Below are positions 9,736 through 19,318 of a stretch of DNA of 20,000 bases, in pieces (the stretch's first letter is position 1; each line of letters starts with the position of its first letter). Below the pieces are notes generated by a model that was given only the letters and a program-made list of their open reading frames with translations, was not told the origin of the DNA and ran no database searches. The translations under genes were made by a program, and so were the position numbers. The DNA is from Chiloscyllium plagiosum (taxonomy: Eukaryota): the NCBI RefSeq assembly GCF_004010195.1, contig NC_057719.1, positions 9,911,791 to 9,931,790 on the forward strand. The letters run 5' to 3'.

Positions 9736-10297
9736 ATAATAATTAATTCTACAGAATGTTTTAACTTGCAACATATCTACCCTGCCACAAGATGGCAAAC
9801 TTGACCAGCTTGAAACTGAGAAGGTCAATATGATATTTTGTATTGTTGTCAAGTATACTCTCATTTTGAAAACAATATTGAAGCAACAAAGTGGAAAGTG
9901 AACAATCTTGAAGACACCATAATTCTTGTTCTGGCTGAATAGAAGGACAAAATGTCAGACTGAGCCCCAGTGAGATCTGACTCAACATTTTTTTTTCGCT
10001 GCATCGTTCCTTCAGCTGTTTATTTTTCTCCTTTCAATGATGTGGCTATTCAGCAGTGATCCTCAGACAAGGCACCAAAAACTATCAAACAATATGATTG
10101 AACTTGAATAAAGAAATCCTAATTATGGATCACCTTGATAACTGGAGATTGTAACACTGCAACTACTAGCCCATGAAATTAGAGTCACCGAGTCCGACAG
10201 GACAGAGACAGGCCCTTTGGCCCCAACTGGTCCATGCTGACCAAAATGTCCATTCACACTAACCCCACTTCCCTGCACTTGGCCCATATCCTTCTAA

Positions 10298-10469
10298 GAC
10301 GAGAGTGGGGCACTGGAAAAGCACAGCAGGTTAGGCAGCATCCGAGGAGCAGGAAAATCGACGTTTTGGGCAAAAGCCCTTCAGCTCCTCGGATGCTGCC
10401 TGACCTGTTGTGCTTTTCCAGCACCACACTCTCGACTCTGATCTCCAGCATCTGCAGTCCTCACTTTCT
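10298..10469. mobile_element. Palindromic mini-element family B with the centre deleted
   Basis: Perfect 14-bp TSD CCATATCCTTCTAA (10284-10297 and 10470-10483). Inverted arms at about 10300-10350 and 10384-10434. Hammerhead stem II and ACGUC remain, but the CUGAUGA box is truncated. Confidence 0.9.
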
Positions 10470-10510
10470 CCATATCCTTCTAAATCTTTCCTGTCCGTAT
10501 TTTTGTCCAA

Positions 10511-10857
10511 ATGCTTTTTGAATGGTGTTAATGTACCCACCTCAACCACTTCCGCTGGTAGCTCATCCCATTTGCAAACCTGCCCCCCAGGTTCCCTTTT
10601 ATTCTTTCCCCTCTCACCTTAAACTGATGCCCTCTAGTCCTCGATTCCCCAACCCTGGGAAAAAGATTGAGTGATGCTTTTTGAATGGTGTTAATGTACC
10701 CACCTCAACCACTTTCGCTGGTAGCTCATCCCATTTGCAAAGCACCTTCTGTGTAAAAAAAGGCTGCCCCCCAGGTTCCCTTTTATTCTTTCCCCTCTCA
10801 CCTTAAACTGATGCCCTCTAGTCCTCGATTCCCCAACCCTGGGAAAAAGATTGAGTG
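10511..10857 (+). repeat. Tandem duplication (10511-10673, 163 bp; 10674-10857, 184 bp)
   Basis: The copies are identical apart from one substitution (ttccgc/tttcgc) and a net 21-bp deletion in the first copy. Confidence 0.95.
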
Positions 10858-11019
10858 CATTCACTCTATCTGTGCCTCTCAGGATCTAATACACCTGAGA
10901 TCCTCCCTCAGTCTCCTACGCTCTAAAGAAAAAAGTCCCAATGTGTCCAGCCTCTCCCTGTAACTCAGTTCCTTAAGTCCTGACAACGTCCCTGTGAAAT
11001 TCTTCATCACCTTAATGCC

Positions 11020-11510
11020 ATATGACCATCAGAAATGTGAACAGGAGTAGGCCATGTGGTCCCTTCAGCCCGCTTCACTATTCAATAAAACATGGCTGAT
11101 CCAATATTCCTCACATCTGCGTTCCTGCCATAACTCTTGATTGCTCGACAGACCAAGAATCTATCTCAGCCTTTCATATACGCAATGACTTTGATCACAT
11201 GCTTTCTGTGGCAAGGAATTCTAAAGACTTGCAAACCTCAGAGAGAATAAACTCCTCCTCATCTCAGTCTTAATTGACCCCCCTCCTTTTAAGATGGGCC
11301 TATGCCATCTGGTCCCAGACTCTCCCACGAGGGGAAACATTCCCTCGATATCTACCCTGTCAAGCCCGTTACGATTCCTGGATGTTTCAATAAACCTTCT
11401 CTCATCTTCGCAATTCTAATCAGTAGAGTCCAACCTGTTTAACCTTTGCTCATAAGACAATCCCTCCATACCGTGGATCATCCTAGTGAACCTTCTCTGA
11501 ACTACCTCCA
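11020..11510 (-). mobile_element. Old CR1-type LINE 3' fragment
   Basis: Reverse-complement similarity to 14455-15130 and 15716-16150. Confidence 0.8.
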
Positions 11511-11552
11511 ACCTGAGGTCGTCGATTTGTTTGCCGAGCTTATGCATTTTTC

Positions 11553-11594
11553 TGCAGACATTTCATCACCTTACTAGGTGACATCGTCAGTGCA
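11553..11594 (-). ncRNA. Minimal type I hammerhead ribozyme motif (family D, left arm)
   Basis: UGCA-CUGACGA-U-GUCACC(UAGUAA)GGUGAU-GAAA-UGUC-UGCA. Core intact, 4-bp stem I. Confidence 0.85.
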
Positions 11595-11679
11595 TCTTTG
11601 ATAAGATGTTGGTGGTCTGGCCTCCCCAGTATCACGTGTCTCTGTTTGTCGGTACTTCCCGTTCTGTGTCTGCGTGGTT

Positions 11680-11839
11680 TTATATGGTTTTGAGTTCAGT
11701 GGGTTCATCGATTGAGTTTGAGTTGGAATGCCAGGCTTCAAGGAATTGTCTGGTGTGTCTCTGTGTTGCCTGTACTAGGATTGGTTACATTGTCCCAGTT
11801 GAATCCGTGTCCTTTGTTGTCTATGTGGTTGGAAATGAG
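11680..11839 (-). pseudogene. Penelope-type GIY-YIG endonuclease C-terminal remnant (frameshifted)
   Basis: Manual translation gives LISNHIDNKGHGFNWDNVT, a 1-nt insertion, then ILVQATQRHTRQFLEAWHSNSNSIDEPTELKTI. This matches the H...GH.F.W....IL......R.FLEAWHS...SIN pattern of Penelope/Poseidon ORFs. Confidence 0.85.
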
Positions 11840-11871
11840 AATGTACTGGTCCACCAACACGTTATCGAAGA

Positions 11872-11913
11872 TGCACTGATGATGTCACCTAGCGAGGCAA
11901 CAAAACATCTGCA
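11872..11913 (+). ncRNA. Decayed hammerhead motif (family D, right arm)
   Basis: UGCA-CUGAUGA-U-GUCACC(UAGCGA)GGCAAC-AAAA-CAUC-UGCA. GAAA is mutated to AAAA and stem II has mismatches. Confidence 0.7.
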
Positions 11914-12175
11914 GAAAAACACACCAGGTCAACGACTCTATGACCTCATCCACAACCCCAGCTACAAATCCTCTCAAAATCTCCTAAATACTCCAACCTG
12001 TTGACTTTCACTCAATGGGTTTGGTTTTGGGGAAGAAGAATTAATAACAAAGCCTAGTGAAGAAGGCCTTCTTATCTTCTCCAATTGGCTTTTTCACTCA
12101 AGCTGAGTCTGGCTGTGCTCTGACGTCTTTCTGGGTCCACAGAATGATGGAGCGGGGTGGGTGGCCACTCATGGT

Positions 12176-12890
12176 GTCATAGAGTCAAATAGTGTGGAAT
12201 CAGACCCTTCGGTCTAACCAGTCCATGCCAATCACGTTCCCAAAGTAAACTAGTCCCGCCTGCCTGCACCTGGCCCATATCCCTCCAAACCTTTCCTCTT
12301 CAAATGTTCTGTCCAAATATCTTTTAAACATTTCAAGTGTAACTGCACCCACATCCACCACTTCCTCTGAAAGTTCATTCCACACAAGAGCCACTCAGTG
12401 TAAAAAACATTGCCCTTCATGTCCTTTTCAAATCTTCCTCTTCTCACCTGAAAAATACGCCTGCTAGTTTTGAACGCCCCCCACCCTAAGAAAAAGATCC
12501 GTCATTCACCTTATCTATGCTTCCCCATAATTTCATAAGCCTCTATAAGTTACCCCTCAACCTCCCGTATTCCAGCCTTTCCAGTCTACTTTTATATCCC
12601 AAACCTTCCATTCCCCGCAACATCCTGGTAAATCTTTTCAGAACGCTCTTCCTGTTTAATAATATCCTTCCTACAGCAGGGTGACCAGAACTGCACACAG
12701 TACTCCAGAAGAGGCCTCACCAATGTGCTGTACAACCTCAACATGCCATTCCAACTGCTATACTCAAAGGTCCTGAACTTAAAGCTACGAAGGCAAGTGC
12801 ACTAAACACCTTCTTAACCACCCTGCCTACCCACGGCGCAAGTTCAAAGAGTTATGCACCTGAACCCCTAGGTCTGTCTGTTCTACAGGA
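12176..12890 (-). mobile_element. CR1/HER1-type LINE 3' fragment
   Basis: Colinear with 6055-6790 (VWNELSEEVVDVG, KGLEGYGPGAGRRD), frameshifted. Confidence 0.9.
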
Positions 12891-13036
12891 CCTTTACAAA
12901 GTGCCCTACTCATGTGTTCGTTCCCCTTGAGAATTTGGATTCAAGAATGCGGCCAAACACCTTTTTACAAGTTATAACCTGTCAGGCTATGAAATCCTTG
13001 ATCATAACAAGTCTCTGTTTGGGTGTATATTTTAAA

Positions 13037-13350
13037 GGTGGCACAATGGCTCAGTGGTTAGCACTGCTGTCTCACAGCACCAGGAACAAAGGTTCAATTC
13101 CAGACTCAGGCTTCTGTGGGGAGTTTGCACGTTCTCCCTGTGTCTGCGTAGGTTTCCACCAGTTTCCTCCCACAATCCAAAGATGTGCAGGTTAGGTGAA
13201 TTGGCCAAGGTAAATTGCCCATAGTGTTCAGGGATATGTAGGTTAGGATAATAGGGGAGGGGAATGGGTCTGGGTAGGGTACTCTTCGGATGGGTCAGTC
13301 TGGACTTGTTGGGCTGAAGGGTCTGGTTCCACAGTGTAGGACTTCTATGA
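13037..13350 (+). mobile_element. HE1-type V-SINE
   Basis: A box tggctcagtgg, B box ggttcaattcc, core, tail ending ttctatga. Confidence 0.92.
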
Positions 13351-14449
13351 CGTGAAAGAAAACAGACATTTAAAATATCATGCTGTACTGAAGTGCCATT
13401 TGTGAATATGCCCCCGAAAGCTCCCTTAACCAGCAGAGATGGAACCCAGTTCAGGGAAAAGGGCAACTGAGGAGCAAAAATGAACATTTTTACTGTCGCT
13501 TGTTTACCAGGCAAGGGAACTAAACTGAAAATTCCATCACTTTCTTAACACTGCACTTCCAGTAATTATATACGGAAAATGGATCTGCAATTATCCTGCA
13601 CTAATTTGCAATGAGAGTTACGTTACTGTGAATCCCACACGGTGCAGGCTAGTTGGATAATATTCGAAACAGAGCTGTAAGTGCAAGGTCTTTCAGATGC
13701 ATTTTGACTGCGGTTCAATAAAGAATTAACGGCAGGTTACATTATTAATTCACACTGCCCTGAGTCAACTGTTATATAATAGAGGCCACCAAGTTAAATG
13801 TCAGTATGAGGGACAAGGCAAAAATCTGCTACATCATGTCAAGGAGATGCAATTTCATATATATAATCTGCCATGTAGCTGAAGGCAAAAGATCACATTC
13901 AAACTGGAAGATTCTTCGATTGCTTTGGTGGGTCCTTCTAATTACACACACAAATAAAATCCACAGATAATACCCTGCAGCGAGCAGCTGCCTCAGAATG
14001 ATGTGAAGTCATCTCACTAGAATACACATTGCTTGACTGGCTCTGCTCAGTAATATACTGGCTGCCTTTCTTATCAGTGTTTGATCACAGAACGTTGCCT
14101 GTATATGTCACGCAGCAGAGATTATTGCCCGAAAGCCATCGTAAAGCACAGGCTTAAGGGTGACCACAGCACAGTAAAATTCTATTCCTTAACCCTTGTA
14201 ACATCAGCAGAGCTGTCAATATTGCAGGGAGCCAAGGTGAGATATCACCAGCCGCTTGTCGTAAACATGAGGATGCAGCCTAGTACCAGAATCGCAAACG
14301 TAGGTCCAAGTGACAAACAGGAAATAAATCATCGTGGCTACTGGGTATTGGAATTTGCCAGGATGGCAATGACAGTGGAGAGCGTGTGAGAATGAGAAGA
14401 GACTGATGACATTTTGGGTCAATCGCAGAAGGGCTACTCTTTGGGAACA

Positions 14450-15130
14450 TATTCTAGCATTGGAGGCAGTCCAGAGCAGGTTCACTGGGCTGATACCAGG
14501 TATGGAGGGATTGTCTCATGAGGAGATGCTGAGTAGATTGGGCCTGTACCCATTGGAGTGTCTGAAAATGAGAGGTGACTTGGTTGAAACACACAAAGCT
14601 CTTAAAGGATAGTTTCTTCCTCTTGTGAGAGACTTTAGGAAGAGAGGGGCATAATCTCAGAATAATAGATTGTCCATTTAAGACAGAGATGAGGAGGAAT
14701 GTCTTCTCTCAGAGGGGAGTGAATCCAAGGATTCTTTACCACATAGAGCTGTCAAGGCAGGGTCATTATGTATATTCATTATGCATATGAGGTAGACAGA
14801 TTTTTAATCAGTAGGAAAGTTGAGTTGAGGTTGATTAGAGTCAAGAATGTGGTGCTGGACAAGCACAGCAGGTCAAGCAGCATTCAAGGAGCAGGCAAAT
14901 CAACATTTCGGGCATAAACCCTTCATCAGGAATTCCAAAACTTTAATTCTCCTGCTTCTTAGATGCTTCCTGACCTGCTATGCTTTTCCAGCACCACACT
15001 CCCGACTCTGATTTCCAGCATCTGCAGTCCTCACTTTCTCCTCCGTGAGGTTGATCAGATCAGTCATGATCTCATTGAATGGAGGGGCTGACTTGATGGG
15101 CTGAATGGCCTGCTTCTGTTCGTATGTCTC
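14450..15130 (+). mobile_element. Old CR1-type LINE 3' fragment interrupted by family B
   Basis: ALEAVQSRFTGLIPGMEGLSHEEMLSRLGLYPLE..MRGDLVETHK, followed by a 3' UTR. Confidence 0.88.
14836..15045. mobile_element. Palindromic hammerhead mini-element (family B)
   Basis: TSD TGAGGTTGAT (14826-14835 and 15046-15055), extendable to 14 bp with one mismatch. Minus strand at about 14899-14932 reads UUC-CUGAUGA-A-GGGU(UUAU)GCCC-GAAA-UGUU-GA. The right arm lacks the core. Confidence 0.9.
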
Positions 15131-15268
15131 ATGATTTGAAACCAAAACTGGCAAGTAACAGGAGCTGGTCTTGTATACTTCAAAATAGAAGCCCAAACAA
15201 CCAGGGCAGACATTGTTTACCGATTATTTCTATTTTTGATCTCTGGGATGACCTATCGTCAGGGATAT

Positions 15269-15635
15269 TGTGAAGAAAGTTTATGGACTTGAATTGTTCA
15301 CTCTGTTTCCCACTCCACAGATGCTGCCTAATGTGGTGTGTGGTTGCAGAATTTTTTGTTTCTATTTCAAATTCCTGAGATCCGCAATATTTTAATTCTG
15401 GGACATTTAAAATCTCCAACCTTCTACCCTCGAAATGACCTTCCCTTTTCCTTCTTTCCTCCCTCCTGCCACTCATTCTTCCAGGATTTAAAAAAAACAA
15501 AATCGCTGGACAGCGATTAAATCTCTAACGTTTTCCAGTTCTCAAGAAAGGTCATTAACATGAAATGTTAACTCTGGATCTCCCTCCCATAGATTCTGCC
15601 AGACCTTACCAGCTACGTATTTCCAGCATTTTCTC
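15269..15635 (+). mobile_element. Two decayed family E repeats (about 15269-15395 and 15538-15635)
   Basis: The second copy begins GTT-CTCAAGA-AAGGTCATTAACAT-GAAA-TGTT-AAC (hammerhead scaffold, stem I GTT/AAC). Both continue with the actctg...agatgctgcc-type body. Confidence 0.55.
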
Positions 15636-15715
15636 CGGAAAGTGACAAACTGAGTCCAACTTCAAGGTCTGAAGAAGTTACCAAAATATAACCCGTTCCA
15701 AATGGGTTCAAGATA

Positions 15716-16875
15716 CAGGATGGGTTGTCTTCTGAGGATAGGTTCTGTGGGTAGGGCGTGTCCTTTTGGAACATTGAAAGACGAGAGGAGTCCTCATTGA
15801 AACATACAAGATATTCGGGGATTTGAAAGGGTAGATATGGAGAGGTTGTTTCCCTTGTGGGAGAGTCTAGGAGCATAGGCATATTACAAGAATAAGAGGT
15901 GCCCACTTAAGACAGAGATAAGAGGAATTTCTTCTCTCAAAGAGCAGACAATCTGTGGAATTCTTTACCACAGTGAGCCATAGAAGCTAGGACATTTAGT
16001 ATTTTCAAGGCTGAGACAGACAGAACTTTATTCAGTAAGGGAATCAAAGGTTATGGGGAAAAGAAAAGTGGAGCTGAGGATTATCACATTGGCCATTTCT
16101 CATTGAATGGGGGACTAGGCTCGATGGACTGAATGGTCTACTTCTGCTCCGACACCCGATGCTTAATTTCAGAGAATGTGGAATGCCTGATGACAGGGAG
16201 CCATTAAAGAAGGAAACCTGATGAACACGTAGGACGAATGCATATTTTGGAGGTATAGCTGATTTCCCCACCTTTTCCATCTTGGGACCTGTTAAATGGC
16301 CATGGGACAATCGCTACTCCATCTGTCTCAAGCAGTTCCACCTGTAATAGAAATCTAGTGGCACAGTAGGTAACGTTTCTGTCTCTGAGCCAGGAGCTCG
16401 GTTTCAAATCCCACTCCAAGACTTGATGACCAAAGAAGGTGGGTCATCATAAGGAACCGGAATAGGCCCCCTGGACTTCCTCCACCATTCAATAGGATCA
16501 TGGCTGATCTTACACTCCTCAGATCTACTTTCCTGCCCTTTCCCCAGAACCATCGATTCCCCATGACATGACATAAGAGCCTGAGTATCACCCAAAGGTA
16601 AATCCTTCCATTACACAGAGTGGTAAAGAATTCCACAGATTGTCTGCTCTTTGAGAGAAGAAATTCCTCTTATCTCTGCCTTAAGTGGGCACCTCTTATT
16701 CTTGTAATATGCCTATGCTCCTAGACTCTCCCACAAGAGAAACAACCTCTCCATATCTACCCTTTCAAATCCCCGAATATCTTGTATGTTTCAATGAGGA
16801 CTCCTCTCGTCTTTCAATGTTCCAAAAGGACACGCCCTACCCACAGTACCTATCCTCAGAAGACAACCCATCCTG
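15716..16875. repeat. Inverted repeat with 256-bp arms (15716-15971 and 16620-16875) within two facing CR1-type LINE 3' relics (15716-16150 on +, 16450-16875 on -)
   Basis: I count 3 mismatches in 256 bp by eye, with a 648-bp spacer. The ORF track gives near-identical peptides on opposite strands. Confidence 0.95.
16355..16425 (+). mobile_element. tRNA-derived SINE head fragment
   Basis: A-box-like tggcacagtagg and B-box-like gtttcaaatccc. Confidence 0.5.
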
Positions 16876-17064
16876 ACTCAGCTACGTGATAGAAAAAATG
16901 GGAGTCTCTTCAATCATTACCTGCAGATTCAGGCTGTTACTGAATGTTTGCACAGCAGCTTGGACTCCTTGGGCAGGAAGGAGCAGTTGGCTGGACATCG
17001 ACTGTGAATTAGATTGGTGACAATAGCATGGGGCCAAATCTCCAATTAAGCGGTGCCAATTTAA

Positions 17065-17315
17065 TCCTGAGATGAGGAGGAATTTCTTCTCTCAAAGGAC
17101 TATGAGTCTTTGGAAGTCCTTGTCACAGAGAGCTGTGGGGGAAGCATCCTTGTGAATACTTAAGGCTGAGATAGATGATTAGTCAGGGAATCGGGGATTA
17201 TGGGGAAAGGGCAGGAACATGGATGGGAGGAGTGTTGGATCAGCCATGGTCCGATTGAATGTTGGAGCAGGCTTGGAGGGCTGAATGGATTACTCCTGTT
17301 CCTATTTCTTACTGT
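17065..17315 (+). mobile_element. Old CR1-type LINE 3' end
   Basis: gagatgaggaggaatttcttctctca...gggctgaatggattactcctgttcct, homologous to the other LINE tails. Confidence 0.8.
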
Positions 17316-17777
17316 CTTACAGTCTCCAGTTAGGTTAGGAAGGGATTCAAGATTTATGAGCTTGTCTGAGTTACGGTGGAGAGGGCAGTGCTGGGAGTTG
17401 GACCTGCCTCAGAGAATCCAACAAGGAGGAGTAGAACAAGGTTGTTTCTACACAGGAAAATCAACTGAATGCCTCTGATGCTAAATTTCTATCACTGATT
17501 CTAGGCACACACTGGTGGGTCATTAAACCCAACATTGAAGGAGGAAAATATCCAGAACAGCCTCCGGTTTCTTCCCAACATCTCCAAAAGACAGCTCTGT
17601 CAGTTTGGCTGAGTCACCTGGCCTCCTGGCTGCCCATCTGGGCAAACAGGGGTCTCCTGCTGCACACAGTGAAAGTGGACAACCAGGCTGTCAGTGGGAT
17701 CTCCAGATGATCAACGGAGGCTGGAGTGACATAGGAAGATTGGCTGTGGATTCGGAGATAATGGGGAAAACACAGTT

Positions 17778-18087
17778 CTAGATTAGATTAGATTCCCTAC
17801 AGTATGGAAACAGGCCCTTTGACCCAACAAGTCCGCACCAACCCTCTGAAGAGCAATCCACCATACATTTACTAATGCACCTGACACTACGGGCAATTTA
17901 GCATGGTCAACTCACCTGACGGCACATCTTTGGATTATGGTAGGAAACCGGAGAACCCAAAGGAAACCCACGCAGACACGGGGAGAATGTGCAAACTCCA
18001 CACAGACAGTCATCCAAGGTGGGAATCGAACCCAGGCCCCTGGCACTGTGAGGCTGCAGTGCTAACCACTGAGCCACCGTGCCGCCC
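17778..18087 (-). mobile_element. HE1-type V-SINE, full length
   Basis: Head gggcggcacggtggctcagtggttagc, B box ggttcgattcc, (AATCT)n tail. Confidence 0.93.
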
Positions 18088-18399
18088 CTAGGTCTGGGAA
18101 CTATGAAGCCCAGGTCTCAGGCTGGACTAGGAAGAGGGAGTGGAAAGATAGGGTGAGAGGATGAGATAACAGGGAATAGGAGGAAGATTACGTGGGACAT
18201 AAACACTGGCACAGACCCCTTTGGATTGAATGGCCTGTTTCTGGGCTACAAATTCCATAAATAGCCCACTGATCATTAGATAATCCCCTTTTTTCCCACC
18301 TCCCATTGCATGTATACATATCGTTCTCCCTTCCCAACTTGCAGACTGTGAATGTCACCAAAAGCAGAAGAGTTATTTCAAAATTAAGAAAAGTTACAA

Positions 18400-19002
18400 G
18401 ATTTTTTATTCATCCTTGCAATGTGGGCATCAATTCATTGTCCATTCCCAATTGTCCTCATGAAGGTGGTGGTGAGCTGCCTTCTTGAACTGCTGCAGTC
18501 CATGTGCTGCAGGGAGACCCACAACATTGTTAGGGAAAGAGTTCCAGGATTTTGAGGGTTTGGAGAGAAACATGCAGGTGGGTGGTGTTCCTATGTATCT
18601 GCTGATCTTGTCCTTCAAGATGGGAGAGCTTGGAGGTCAATAGTGTGTTGTTATTACTGGCATTATTAGCACTGTACCCACATCCATAAAGATCTATTCC
18701 CTCCACCAGTAATACTCAGTAGCAGCAGTGCACCAACTATAAGATGCACTGCAGAAATTCACCAAGGATCCTTACTCAACACCTTCTGTACCTACAGCCA
18801 TTGAGAGGGAAAAGGGCAGCAAATACGTAGGAGCACCACTACCTGCAAGTTGCCCTTCCAAGTCACTCACTATCCTGACTTGGAAATATATCACTGTTCC
18901 TTCAGGGTCGCTCGGTTAAAATCCTGGAATTCCCTCCCTAATGGCATTGTGGGTCAACCCACAGCAGATGAACTGCAATGGTTCAAGAGGCAGCTCATCA
19001 CC
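18400..19002. mobile_element. Two fragments of the second LINE family in opposite orientation (about 18400-18625 on -, 18670-19002 on +)
   Basis: KSWNSFPNNVVG and KSWNSLPNGIVG translations, homologous to 9330-9735. Confidence 0.75.
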
Positions 19003-19318
19003 TGTTGTGAAGGGATAGGTGTGTACTGTACCTTTAAGAGAGACTGGAAGCTGGCACGGACTTAGAGAGGCACAAAGACTGCTGAACAAATTTAAAATAT
19101 TACATTTGACTGTGAACCCAATAGTGCAGATGAATTGTCATGATACAAAAACAAATTCAAATTCGGCCAGTTTAAATTATGTCCCAGATACCAAAATCCA
19201 ATCAAATTTGATTTTAGCATTTTGACAACATCAAACCAATGAAATGATCCAATATTTTGGGGGTATAAAACCAGATATTTTGAAAAGTTAGGGGAAGAAC
19301 TGCCAAGAAAACCAACAA
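19003..19318 (+). mobile_element. Possible truncated LTR (U3-like)
   Basis: Begins with TGT where the LINE homology breaks. CCAAT at 19118, 19198, 19236 and 19249, TATAAAA at 19264. Cut by a CR1 segment at about 19319. Confidence 0.4.

Larger units (their letters stand above)
10180..11010 (-). mobile_element. CR1/HER1-type LINE 3' fragment with a family B insertion and an internal tandem duplication
   Basis: Colinear with the 6055-6540 copy (FKKHLD...LEGYG motif). Confidence 0.9.
11516..11990 (-). mobile_element. 5'-truncated Penelope-like element with an inverted pseudo-LTR (family D)
   Basis: 10-bp TSD CTCCAACCTG (11506-11515 and 11991-12000). Inverted arms at about 11516-11618 and 11848-11947, each with a hammerhead. 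GIY-YIG C-terminal remnant in the spacer. Confidence 0.9.

Noticed and set aside
14081..14389. 102-aa ORF in unique sequence
   Set aside because: Non-ATG start and no recognisable homology, so unsupported without expression data.
15613..16876. Twin peptides MGTSYSCNMP... as duplicated genes
   Set aside because: They are antisense readings of the inverted LINE repeat.
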